DNA of 63,652 nucleotides, filler included, from Basidiobolus ranarum (Eukaryota): NCBI GenBank assembly GCA_040143965.1. It is 23 parts of 23 records of this genome, joined end to end, with 100 filler letters (N's around TTAATTAATTAA, not from the genome) between each part and the next. Parts side by side here need not be neighbours in the genome. Positions count along the whole stretch, not along the records: positions 36,113 to 38,783 come from JASJQH010003084.1; positions 38,884 to 41,553 come from JASJQH010003085.1; positions 41,654 to 44,321 come from JASJQH010003086.1; positions 44,422 to 47,087 come from JASJQH010003087.1; positions 47,188 to 49,853 come from JASJQH010003088.1; positions 49,954 to 52,618 come from JASJQH010003089.1; 17 more parts are not named here. One strand, 5' to 3'. Shown piece by piece: positions 38,131 to 50,610 of this stretch (position 1 is its first letter; each line of letters starts with the position of its first letter). The notes under the pieces were generated by a model. It saw only the letters and a program-made list of their open reading frames with translations, ran no database searches and was not told where the DNA came from. The position numbers and the translations under genes were made by a program.

Positions 38131-38725
38131 CTATACTATTAGTTCGATATGAAATTCGTTAGAGTGCTGCTATAGTATGTTACAGTGGATAATATCCTAG
38201 CGAATCCTCTAGGGAGAAATAAATTTTTCTCACCTCCTCCAGTATGAACTCAGCGTTACTGTTTGCATACTCAAAGGCTACAGGAGGAAAAACAAGTTGA
38301 CAGGCAAATTTCACGTCACGTAATCGAATGATCCTCATCTTTGAACCCGTTGCCAACATATACGTATCTAGATGAACATTCATTAGAATACTATAATGAG
38401 ATTGGCCAGAGAATTTGAGCGCCAATAACCGTTCATTATTTTCCAGAACAAATCGTCACACGAGCACTCTAGGACACACATGGCGGGCGTAGATATCTCA
38501 ATCCCACCATTAAAGCTGCCCAAAATTCTATCAAGTAGAGATCAGTTATCTTGGTTTCTTGGCTAAAGTTCTTGGTGAGAAGTTTACTTGAAAATATGCG
38601 GGTGAAAAAAAATCTCTTCTCTGTCATCCTCGTTTTTCCATAGCATACGGCAAATCATGTTGTCGTACAAAGGCTCAAAACCGCCATCGTCGAGGCTTTT
38701 GTAGGAGCTTACTTCAGCGGTATTT
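38131..38725 (-). CDS. Highly divergent histone H2B-fold protein (exons 38725-38588, 38527-38430, 38367-38180; possible extra intron 38233-38170 giving stop at 38131); 5' end cut
   Basis: Spliced product aligns without gaps to the H2B fold (IFKIL, ISTPAM, DDLFWKI, LA, IRLRDV..ACQLVFP, YANS). Confidence 0.75.
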
Positions 38726-38883
38726 CTACGGGATTTTGTTGAACTCAAAGTGGGTTAGGGTCTTTGAATGGAGAGACTTCAGTNNNNNNNNNNNNNNNNN
38801 NNNNNNNNNNNNNNNNNNNNNNNNNNNTTAATTAATTAANNNNNNNNNNNNNNNNNNNNNNNNNNNNNNNNNNNNNNNNNNNN

Positions 38884-41376
38884 TGGGAAGGCCAAAATGG
38901 GTGTTTGAGTGAGAAGTTTCTTTATCTGCTGGAAAGCTACGTCCTGTGGTCCTTGCCAAAGGTATGGTTCTTTGTCTTGTAGCAGTTTTGTTAAGGGGGA
39001 AGTAATCTTGGAGAAATCCCTGACAAATCTTCTGTAATAACTTGCAAGTCCCAGAAATGATCTAAGTTCCTTTACTGTTGTGGGGCAAGGCCAATTTTGT
39101 ATAGTTTCTATCTTCTTCTGGTCAACTTGGATACCATCCTTGGATAGTATATGACCAAGATATTCCACCTCTTTCATCAAAAACTGGCATTTCTTGGGAT
39201 TGGCAACCAGTTGATGTTCCTTGAGTGCTTCTAGGATTTTCTTGAGATGTTGGAGATGTTCTTCTTCATTTTGGCTATAGATCAGGATGTCATCAAGGAA
39301 TACTATGGCAAACCTATCTAGAAATTCGGCTAAGACTTCATTCATCATTGCCATGAAGGTTGCAGGTGCATTTGTCAGGCCAAAACTGAGTACCAAGAAC
39401 TCAAAGTGTCCATATCTTGTCCTAAAGGCTGTCTTGGGGATGTCAGAGTCTTTGATTCTTACTTGGTAATAGCCTGAGGCCAAGTCTATCTTGCTGAATA
39501 CTTGGGCACCATGTAGTCTATCCATAAGTTCTTGAGCTCTTGGTAGTGCATATCTGTTCTTTACTGTAACTGAGTTCAGGGCTCTATAGTCCACACACAT
39601 CCTTAAAGAGCCATCCTTCTTGGGGACAAAGAGTATGGGAGATCCCCAAGGAGACTTGCTTGGTCTGATGAATCCTTTATTCAGCAGTTCTTGTATCTGG
39701 CCCTTCAAGGTCTGTAGCTCCTTTGGGCTCAAGGAGTAAATAGGTCTGACAACAGGTGTAGCATCCAAGGTCTCTATTTCATGGTCAATAGTCCTGTGAG
39801 GAGGAAGGCTTTCTAGTTCTCTTTTAAAGACTTCAGGAAATTGATTCAGGAGTTGTTGAATATGTTTGGGAACATGTTGTTCTTCTGTGACCTGCAATAA
39901 AACAATGTGGCAAGAACTTCCTTGTTTGACATCTCTGGCAAAGTCAGATAAGGTAGATATAAACTGACATGTAGATCCACTTAGTTTAGTTAACACTTTT
40001 CCGGTTGATTGTAGTATATGTGTCTGGGAGTGGTCCTGCAAGGTAATCTGGTTGGTTCTCCAGTTGATCTCCGGATTATGCCTCCATAACCAAGGTTTAC
40101 CTAATATGATGTCAAAGTTTGCATTTGGGAATACCAGGGGTTTTATCTGCTCCTTTAGTGTTCCAAGAGTGATAGATACGTCTATACATTGCCTATTGAT
40201 GCTTATAGAGTGTTGATTAGCAATGGTTGTTGGTTTAGGGGTGATGCCTATGGTAGGGAGTTGGAGCATATCTGCAACTTGCTGTGAGATGTAATTATGT
40301 GTAGCCCCTGAATCTATAAGTGCTTGGAACTGTCGGTTTTTGATGACTATAGGTAGATAAAGCAATGGTGTTGGCTTCTCCTCAGCTTGTATAATTTCAT
40401 TCACCATCATTAATGTCTGATTATCTTCGTAACATTCCTTCTGGGCTCCCTGGGAGTCATCTGGTGAAAGAATCTGATGTGTCTGGGAGTTGTCTGAGGG
40501 CGGTTTCTGGCCAGTTTCCTGTCTTGTCCAGTGCTGTTGAGGTCTTTCAAACCTATAATTTCTTCTAGATCTACAGTCTCTAGCATAATGTCCTATCTTC
40601 CCACAGTTGTAGCATCTTATTCCTTGAAAACTGGGAGACCTTTGGTTTGTATAATTGTGGGAGTTCATTTGATTGATGTGATCCACTTCCATTGGTACCG
40701 GGTGGTTAGTCCTGGGTGATGACTGGTGAGAGTAGTGTGACCGGTTGGGAGGATTCTGGTGATGTGCGGTTAAACCAAACCATGCACAATCATAGGTGAT
40801 GGCATAGTGAATTGCTGCATCCAAGGTGCTTGGGAACTTATATGCTACCTCTTGCCTGGTTTTGGTTCTTAGTCCTCTAAGGAAGTAGTGTATCTTGTCA
40901 CCTTCTTCCATAGAAATAATCTGTGCCAATATGTTCTTGAAGTTTTGGACATATTCCAAGACATTGTTCTTCTGCTTTAGGTTTTCTAACTGTGTTCTAA
41001 GGATGAGCTGGAAGTTAGGTGGCAAGAAGAAGGCTTTGATGTCGGTTTTGAATGCACTCCAGCTAGGGAAAGCAGTAGTGTTCTGAGCTTCTGCTTGGAG
41101 AAGTCTTCCTTGATACCAAGACAAGGCTAGATCTTGGAGATAGCTTCCTATTGCTGCCACCTTCTTGTCTTCACTGATTGATTTTGTATTAAAGGCCTGT
41201 TCTGTCTGTATTAACCATGCTACTACATTCTCATTTGGTCTGCCATGATACGTGGCTATCTTCACTGGGATCCTGGCCCCTTGTCCTGCTGCTTGTTCCT
41301 TTAGTTCCACAAGTATATCTGTTACTGTAGTCATCCATGCATCTGGCATTTCTGTGTTTCCTTGGTTCCCTGACAT
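38884..41376 (-). mobile_element. Intact Ty3/gypsy gag-pol single ORF (capsid, CCHC knuckle, aspartic protease, RT), cut by contig end
   Basis: [44 protein letters not shown]; no stop in about 830 codons. Confidence 0.97.
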
Positions 41377-41429
41377 TCTTTCTTGTTATTCTTTGTGCTT
41401 TCTTCTGTGGAGGATCTTTCTTAATAAAT

Positions 41430-41553
41430 CGCTGCTACCATATATTGTGGCTGGTTCCTGAGGTGAGTGCAATTTCGGGACTTGATTCACTGATAAATTG
41501 ACTGATTAATTTTATTTCGATGGTGCTATTTTTATAGGGTTGATCGGGGGAAA
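41430..41553 (-). mobile_element. tRNA-iMet PBS (41430-41440) and 3' end of the 5' LTR of the gypsy element
   Basis: Minus strand ...GCCACA-atata-TGGTAGCAGCG. Confidence 0.8.
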
Positions 41554-41653
41554 NNNNNNNNNNNNNNNNNNNNNNNNNNNNNNNNNNNNNNNNNNNNTTA
41601 ATTAATTAANNNNNNNNNNNNNNNNNNNNNNNNNNNNNNNNNNNNNNNNNNNN

Positions 41654-43080
41654 AACCAACGTCAACATCTAACAGCAAGTCCTCAAAATTGTCTCGACTT
41701 ACTAGTTTGACCAAAGTTGCATTTTGACCTATATCATTCTGGTCATATAACTGTGGTAACTCCATGGTATCTTGCCTTTTAGCAGTGTTACCAAAACTTT
41801 GAGGCAAACTATAGTCAGTGGACTCAATGGGCAAAACTAAAGTTAATTTAGTGCACTTATTACTGTTGTTATACACCTGGCTTTGTGCAGTGACCATGCT
41901 TGTGGTTATTTTTTCTATGAAGCCTCCAGCTTTTGTAGCACAAGAATTTGTGACAATAATAGCAGGGCTTCTTTAAACATTTGTGTTGCAGTATGAAACG
42001 GATATTGTAGAAAAGAGAACTATTCGCATGTAAGGGTGGTATTGCCAGTTTAGCCCATCAATATCATCAGCTGATTCAGAGATGGTGTCACAGATGAATC
42101 ATCAGGGGATTTACAAGCTATTTCTGGTTATGGATGGCAATTTTGATTTATTATAAGAGGTTTCTAAGCAACTTCATTACACCAAGTTTGCCATCTGAAT
42201 ATTTCAATGCAATTCAAAAAGCATTTGAAATCTAAGTCAAGATTGCCTTCCAAGCCAAATCCTGCTGGCACAAAAGGAAAAAACCAGCAAGAACAGAGGA
42301 CTTAATTGATGAGCAGTCTAGCAATCCACTATCCACTTTGGAAGGCATGAATATGCTGGAAATTAACTCAAGTAATGATGAAGCATTAATCAATTTACCA
42401 AATGTGTTCCTTTCCAGTGATAGTGTAAGTGAAGAGATTGTAGTCCCCCAATTAGTTAGTAAATCAATAGTTGAGCAAGGGTCAACCAAAATACTGTCAA
42501 GACTCTCAACTTCCAAGATGGCTACTTTGCTCACTATTGAACAACCCTCTATAGAAAATTTGGATAGAATTATTACAACAAGGGAATCACTGGCACAACA
42601 CCATAATGATTTGTATGCAATCATAAGTAAAAACTATGAAGTTGCTATTCTAGAGTCAGATATGCTGGCAAAAAAGCTTAATTTCACCATGGAACTGGGT
42701 ACACCAGTTGGAAGAGTACTACACTTGGAAGTGTATCCAACACCTGGCACCTCTCAACAAGCCAAAACACAAGCAAATAAAACTCACGGCTCTCTAACCT
42801 CAACTGGTACTTGATTGGCTCAAATCCAGGTGATTTTGGGCAAGATTCCTCACAGTTTCCAAAATGTTAAACCACTCAACATCAGAGCAAGTGATAGCAG
42901 CTCTGACATTCAGAGTCTTTTGGTTTGCCAGTTTTCCTATGAGATTTCTACTTTCATGTGCCCAGGCAATTTAGGGTCATTATGTAGACTCAATGATCTG
43001 ACACATATTCTGCTCTGCTAGATTGTCACAGTGATGTTCATATGTATGGTGTGGGATTGATTGAAACCCAATATGAGAAT
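41654..43080. mobile_element. Internal region of the CACTA/Tnp2-like element: transposase N-terminus (-) plus divergent second ORF (+, 42338-42814)
   Basis: Homologous to 7260-7920 and 58880-60896. Confidence 0.65.
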
Positions 43081-43499
43081 GGACGGTGTAGTGTTTGAAA
43101 TATTCCAATCATATGTTGCTGATAATAAGCAGGAAGAATATTATCTATTGCTATCTTATAATATCTTACAGATCAAGAAAAAGAACAAGAATATTTGATT
43201 GCTCATAGTCACATCAATACTTAACTTTTTACAGCCGTTTAAGCTGCAATCTGAGACCCCTGAATTAGAGCTTTGCAATCATGCAAGGCTCATAAGATTT
43301 AATCAAATATTGGTGGAGCTACAACTATTTCAAAATTGCCAGCACAAATATCACCACTAGCATATATTTAGAACACAGGAATTCAGGACCTCAAGATGCT
43401 CACAAAATTAGTGCTAATTTTTGAACCAGCTAATGCATTCTCTTCACATTTTGCACAGACCTGCAACAGTACCTGATGCTAATGTGTTTTAAGTTTCAA

Positions 43500-44321
43500 A
43501 GCCACAGCTGCTATATTAGTGATCTTATTGGCACTTTGATGCTAGGCTACCCACTCATAGCATTTATTCTCAGCCACCAATTTGTAGGATTTATTCTAAG
43601 CTGTTTCTTTATATAAGCAACCCTTCTCACTATTGAAAAAGCTTCTAGCCTTAGCATCATCCAAAACTGCACCATATTCTTTATCCTTGCCTTAACTAGA
43701 TATTCTACCCTGTATCATAGTAAGATAATAAAGATTCCTATTGCAATAAAGGCTTGACTATGGAAGATTGCAGTACATATTCTTTCATAGTTATCTTCAC
43801 TTTTACAGCCATAGAATATTTCCAACTCTGAATCAAATTCTTTGCCAATATCAAAAGAACTAAATCTTTTGCTTCAGACTTCAAGTTAGAGAAACCTCCA
43901 GAGTTTTATCTACCCTTGTAGTATTGAGGATTTTTGATAGTTCTATTATCAGAAATAATATTTTCTGACAAAGTCTTCAAGCTATTGACATTCCAAAATG
44001 TGTCTTTACCCCTAACCAAAATTTGAGGATTGTTGTTGCAGGAAAACCATCACTATTTTAATCCATTTGGGATTGACCATTTACCTACCATCATAAAATC
44101 ATCAAGTTAGATTTGATTTTAATCAAGTTTTTCAGTTTCAGGAGTGAAATTTCAAGATCTCCCAAAATAGTTGCAAATGATTGGCTAAAATCTCAGAGAA
44201 CTATGGATCAACACATGTGTGAAAAACGTAACTCAAATTTCACACAATTACCACTTGAACACTAATTTGTCACCTTCAAAATCCCTAGTCTCTTTGATAT
44301 ATTCTCCTGAATATTTTTATA
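43500..44321 (+). repeat. Unclassified degenerate coding repeat; copies 47366-47820 (-) and 52775-53120 (-)
   Basis: Three homologous copies with a shared frame 'MIGYN.R.LW.N..AKN.TQ..H.YH.NANL.P.KS.VSLIYSPEY'. Confidence 0.6.
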
Positions 44322-44421
44322 NNNNNNNNNNNNNNNNNNNNNNNNNNNNNNNNNNNNNNNNNNNNTTAATTAATTAANNNNNNNNNNNNNNNNNNNNNNN
44401 NNNNNNNNNNNNNNNNNNNNN

Positions 44422-46030
44422 TACTAGCAGAGGTGACCATGTACCCTGCTTCTGTAGAGGACAGTTCTCCAGATGGTTGCTTCTTACAATTACTAGTTAT
44501 GGCTCCATCACCAAGAAAAGCATACCTAGTTATTGATCTTCCATCATCAATGTTTTTTCCCTAGTCAGCATCACTGCAGCTTTCAACACTCTGTTTAGCA
44601 GGAGTGCCAGGGTTTTCCAGACCTAGATCTACCATTCCTCTCAAATATCTGAGTACTTGTTCCACTGCAGTTATATGCTCAGATTCCCAATTTTTGAGAT
44701 ATTAGCTAACCATTCCCACTGCCACAGCAATGTCTGGAAGTGCTCCAACCATTTAATTTATAAAACTACCCACTGTGGACTGATTAGAGAACTCCTGGCT
44801 AAGATTAAATTTAAGTTTAATTGGGTTTACTGGTAATGATGCAGGCTTGCTATTCTCCATGTTGAAGAATTTTAGGTTATGTAAGTTGTACCTGGACTGC
44901 CTTGGCATGATATTTGATTGGGTTTAACTTTCTTGATCAGGAATCCAAGGAAATTGCTTAATTCACTCATATCAGTCAACTGAAATTAGTTTGATGATCT
45001 AATTTTTTTGGATTAAGTTCTTCTAGATTATTTTGGGCTATGATCAGGCCTTCCTTATATATTTTCAAGGTAAACTTCCTATTTTGGGTTGTTTTGATGT
45101 AAATACTGTGAACTGCTATGTATTAGTTTACAGCTTAATTCCATGTTAAGAACAAAAGCTGGCAAAGTCTTTAGCGCAATGTTCTCCAACATTAGCCCTC
45201 CTGAATACCCTTTTTTTATGCTGCTTTTTTCTCTATCATTGTTTTGAAGAGATTGAATGAAGCTAAATTCATATTTTGATTTGAGAAAGAATATACAGTA
45301 AATCCTGTCATGTCATCAATAATGGTCCTAAAGTAGCTTTTAGCACCCAGTAAGACATTTTTCATGGATCCATTTAGGGCAGAATGAATAGAGCTTATTC
45401 AGAGTAGATCTGATCTCTCTGTAGTTTGGAAATGGTGGTTGGTGATGTTTTCCACATAAGCATCATTTGCATAAATCTAACTTGGTCATATCTTCAATAT
45501 TTCAGTCTGAAAATAGTTGCTTTTGGATCATTATAGTCAGTTTTTGCCCCCCAATGTGGCCTGAACTTATATTCATGTTTGGGAGTTCCTTTCACTGGTT
45601 TTGGCCAGGTTTGCAAGCACAGAATGTATTTAGTAAATTTCCAGCTTGTACAAATTATGTGTTTCACTCCCAGTAGCTAATTTGGCATTATTCTGATCTG
45701 TGATATTGCATTCAGCTTTGCTGAATGCAAAATTTTGTCCTTGAGCTATTGCTTGGCTCACAGATAGGAGATTCGTAGTTATATTTGGAACATAGACTGC
45801 ATCATCCAGTTTGGCAGATGGCATAGCTGAAGGTTAGTCTATATTGATCACAAATGCTCCCTTACTAGCTGCATCTAGCGCATGGTCGTCACCCAAGTAG
45901 ACTTTACTTATTTTGATTGGTCTTAAGTTAGACAGCTAACCTTGCTTGTTTGATACATGCTGAGAAGCTCCTGAAGTAATGTGCTCCTTTTCTGAGTGTT
46001 CCTTAGCAGTAACTGAACTTATACTTCTTT
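44422..46030 (-). mobile_element. Degenerate copia pol (protease to RNase H)
   Basis: 'SGASQH', 'VYVPNITTNLLSVSQ', 'SDAD.G...DGRS.TRY.F'. Confidence 0.85.
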
Positions 46031-46265
46031 AGTAGCTAAGAACTATTGGGGGGTTGAAAAGGATATAAGTATATCCACTAAAGCTGTATTGAAGTTTATT
46101 GAGAAAGATACTTCTTGTTGTGTCCAAGAGAAAGGTGGATAAAAAGTCTTGACTTTACCAAACCAAAGAAACAGTTAAGTGCAGAATCTTAGAACTGTTT
46201 AAGTAGGATATATAAGCAGAGCAGATCTAACTAATATATGTCTTGGGAATAGCAGTGGGTTGCTA

Positions 46266-47087
46266 TGTTATGGTGTAGTGGGGTAGCATTGCTACCCACT
46301 GGCAGGTTGACTTATCTCCAGTCCAAGCTCATATCATAACTATTGAACAATTTTTATTTTATAATCCTTTTTTGACTTAGCCATTTTTCTAGCCAATCAT
46401 ATCAAAGTAATAGTATTATCCCCTATTATTTCAGATTTATCAGTATTAACCCACATTAGCCCTATTATTTTCTGGAAAATTTTACAATCTTCCGGAACAA
46501 TTGACAAGATTCTTGTTATATTTCATGATTGATAGAGTTTTGACCAATAAAAACTTGATTTTGCCTGAACATTCCATGACTTTCTGGATTATTCTACAAT
46601 CTTCTGAAACATTCCATGGATTACTAATTCTATGATTAATGATGTTATCATAGCCCCAGATCCCCACCAATAGAATTCTCAGGAACTTTCCAGAAATTCC
46701 CATTAGTAATCATATCTACCACCAGAAAAGTATAAATAGAAGCCATATCTTTTCAAATAAAAAATCATCCTGGTTTTCAACTAACAATTACTACTTGTGA
46801 TCACCCCTAATTTTCATCACTGCTTACAAGACCTTTGAAGAGGAAGCTCAAGAGAGACTACTAGAGGCAGTTACAGGCTACTGTGTGACTAGAGAGGACT
46901 TGACTAGCTCAATGGAAGTACAGACAGGTAGGTGTTTTATTTCTGCTACTTTATATTTATTCCCCACCTTTGTCTGCATAGGCATGGAACTTTTCAAATC
47001 CTTGGATAAATCACTACTAGTGCATCCTTGTTCAATACCCTGCTGACTGAGTTTACAGTTGTTTTTGATAGGATATACCCTTTTATC
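46266..47087 (+). mobile_element. Putative LTR inserted into a family-C LTR, carrying HSE arrays, CCAAT and TATA
   Basis: Starts TGTTA exactly where family-C homology stops; nGAAn arrays 46469-46701; TATAAATA at 46731. Confidence 0.55.
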
Positions 47088-47829
47088 NNNNNNNNNNNNN
47101 NNNNNNNNNNNNNNNNNNNNNNNNNNNNNNNTTAATTAATTAANNNNNNNNNNNNNNNNNNNNNNNNNNNNNNNNNNNNNNNNNNNNTGCAGCTAAGTGA
47201 TATTTGACTAAATAATGTTGACTAACTAATATGCAATATATGAAATAGTTAGGTGTATAAAGATAGGGATAACATATATGATAAAGACAATAAACTTCAA
47301 CAAGAAGAACAATCAGCTTTACATTCAGTCTGGTGTTGACCATGCAGATATTGGGAAAGAACACATTACAGAGTGGAACAATATTGCAGGATATCCACCA
47401 GATAGTTTGAAGAATGTTGATTCAGCAATGTTAATACAATGGTAAGCTTTGATGGAGATATTAATACAAACTTATGTTGGACATCAGGTAAGTCATGGGT
47501 GTGAAGAATTGTATCAAAATATTCAGGAGAATATATCAAAGAAACTGGGGATTTCAAAGGTAATAAATTGGCATTGAAGTGGTAAATGTGTAAAAATTGA
47601 GTTATGTTTTTTGCACCTATGTTGGTCCATAGTTTTCTGATATTGTAGCCAATCATGTGAGACAATTTTTCAAGATCTTAAAACATCACTCCTGAAACCA
47701 AAAAAATAGACTAAAACTTAATCTAAGTTGACAATATTATGACAGTCAGTAAATGGTCAATGCAAAATGAATTGAAATTGTGACAGTTATCTTACTATAT
47801 CAATCCTCAAATTTCTGTTAGAGATAGTA

Positions 47830-48730
47830 ATCAGGTCTATTTCTGATCTGATTTCATCTCCTGATTTGGGATAAAGATACTACAACATCTTTTATTAAAT
47901 TTGGCATGTCAGTAGGCTGAATTTTGGTTGAAGGGTCCACAAGAATGCCATGTTCTTCATTGTCTTGGTTTTAATCAACAAAATGATTAGATCAGGAGAA
48001 AATTGTTTTTGACATCGTCTGAGGTCATTTTGGATGAAAATGTTTCATTTTTATCCAACAAAAAATCCCTTGTTTTAATTAACTTTGAAATTTTCATATC
48101 ACAGAGTCTGTAGGCCTTAGTTTGAGTACCATAGCTGGGAAATAAGCATTTCTTACTTTTGGATCAAATACTGACTGCTTTTTGATCATGATTTTGACTT
48201 AGGCAATGCATCCAAAGATCCTCAAATGCTTTACATCAGGTTTAATATCAAACCAAGCTTGATATGGTGTAGAGTTAAACAGACTTCTGGTGTAACTCCT
48301 ATTTCTCAGATATATAGCTAGAGCAATAGATTTAACTTAAAATTAAGAGATAAAATTTATGCATTTATCTTGGGTCTTGCCATATCTATAGTTGCCCTTT
48401 TAGCTTCTTCTGCCACTGCATCTTAATGAAGTGAATAGGCAATAGTAGCTTCTTGCTTAATTCCAGCAACTTTGCAAAAGTGATTAACTAGTGTTGAAGT
48501 GTATTCTCCACCATAAGCTGTATGTATTTTCTGGATTTTAGTTCTAATTTCAGTTTTCACAAGGGTTTAAACTCTCTAAAGACTGAGAGAGCTTCTTCTT
48601 TTCTTCCCATAGAGTAAACTCAAGTGTATCTTTTATGATCATCCATAAATGTGACTAAATATATTGTTTCACCTCAATATGTATTTTGAATTGTCTCACA
48701 CAATCTGAATGATTGAAGCCAATTTTTTGA
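47830..48730 (-). mobile_element. Degenerate copia integrase
   Basis: 'KHLRIFGC.A...FDPKVRNA..P.Y...KAYRL', 'GGEYTS'. Confidence 0.8.
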
Positions 48731-49953
48731 CAGATTTGACTATATTGGGAAAATGTGGGCTGTTTAGAGGAACTTTAGAAAAGTGGAGTTGTGAATAGCT
48801 TTGTGAGATAATTATTTATTGTCCAGAAATGAAGCATTTATACTTCTTTGTGGAAATATGGACAACTAGCACTGGGGTTGTGTTCAGAACTTCTGTGGGA
48901 GTAAAATGAGCAATCTTTGGTACAACTTGGACAAGTTTGAAATTTCCAATACAGTATTGCTAATTCTCACATTATTTACATAAACATATAATATATGTTC
49001 CAATCTGCAGTTAAGTGATATTTGACAAAGTAAAGTTAACTAACTTATATATGATATATGAAATAGTCAGGTATATAAAGAAAGAGATAACAAATATGAT
49101 AAAGACAATAAACTTCAACAGACTAAACCAGAGCTCTTGAATGGTTGCCTGGTTTGTTTTCCATGTATACAATCCTGACAAATTTCCATTTTGGCTGGAA
49201 GGTTAATTTGAAGTTCAGAAACAAGTTAATTGCTGTTTATTTTGCCCTAATACTCAAATTCAATATAGCCAAGTCTCTTATGTCTTAGTTAAAAGTTTCT
49301 TGAATGGTATAATTATATGTGTTAAACTTTTGGGAGCCTGTTGGAATTGGTTTGGAGAATTAGAGAAATTGGTGGTTTTACTTATTAATTCATTGAGTAG
49401 AAAGTTGACATTTATAGTTTTGTCAGGTTGTAAACAGACTAACAGGTAGAATGTGTTAAGGAAGGTCCCAGGAACATGTGTGCAAAGTTTGGGGCTTCTA
49501 GCACAAGTTTGAAAAATCTATATAGCTGAGAACTTCTAAGTTGGTAACAATATTCGAAGTAAATTCCAATTTAGAATAATTGATAATATCTTAGTGAATT
49601 AGAAGATAACTGAGTACTAAGCTATATATGACTATATAGGTGCTTAGGCAATGCTAATTTCAATATTCTCCCTCAACTAAATAGTCATAGAAACTAATCC
49701 TAATAAAGGTCTAAGTTTCTCAAATTTCTGTCTAGCTAATGATTTGGTTAATATATCAGCAATCATGTCTTCTGTAGAACAATAAGTTAAGTCAATAAAC
49801 TTAATTTCTATAGTCTCTCTAATGAAGTGATGCTTAATATCTATGTGTTTGCTNNNNNNNNNNNNNNNNNNNNNNNNNNNNNNNNNNNNNNNNNNNNTTA
49901 ATTAATTAANNNNNNNNNNNNNNNNNNNNNNNNNNNNNNNNNNNNNNNNNNNN

Positions 49954-50173
49954 CCAATTCGGCCAAGGTTCTGGCCAAGACACTGATCAGGCGTCAATGT
50001 GTGGAAAGTGTGTCAAGGTACAAGGGCCTAAGGGATCTGTTGTTGTTCGTATCAGAGATCGCTGCGCACCTTGCCGTAGTGGGGACATTGATCTCACCCC
50101 TTCAGCATTCAAAAGGATAGCCGACTGGAATGATGGACGTGTCAAGGTCACCTGGAAGCAAATTAGCTGTTGA
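49954..50173 (+). CDS. Expansin-like/RlpA double-psi beta-barrel protein, C-terminal part
   Basis: CGKCVKVQGPKGSVVVRIRDRCAPCRSGDIDLTPSAFKRIADWNDGRVKVTWKQISC*. Confidence 0.9.
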
Positions 50174-50610
50174 ATAGCCACCATTTGAAGTCCAGTAATA
50201 TTTATTCTTGAAGCAGTAATACCATCTGGCTACAAGTATTAGTAGGATATCTTCAATATAGATTATTTTGACTTGTACACTTGTTATATTATTGAACGGT
50301 GACGTTTCTTCTTAAATAAACATTGAGTTAAACAATTTGAATTCTTGTATCGTGATTGAAATCCAGAGTAGTACAATGTCCAGGGCTAGAATCAATCAGA
50401 TATTTATAGACGTCTGAAGTTGCACTCTTTATGGCGCTGCTTATTGATATCTGTCTATCTTTATAGTCAAAATTATATCCTACAAGAGCATAGAATGACT
50501 CTGGCATATTGTAACGATGCAATCAAAATTTACTTATTTCTTATCCTGCTAAGAACTTGCTATTGCTTGAATAACTTACATAACCACTTATATTCATTTG
50601 TGAATTGTAA

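Noticed and set aside
27583-38725. Apparent chromatin gene cluster (PAF1, H2A, H2B-like, TFIIIC-like)
   Set aside because: PAF1/H2A and H2B-like/TFIIIC-like lie on different unlinked contigs, so co-occurrence in the window is coincidental
46266-46300. tRNA A-box-like TGGTGTAGTGG suggesting a tRNA or SINE
   Set aside because: No properly spaced B-box or cloverleaf; better explained as the start of an LTR
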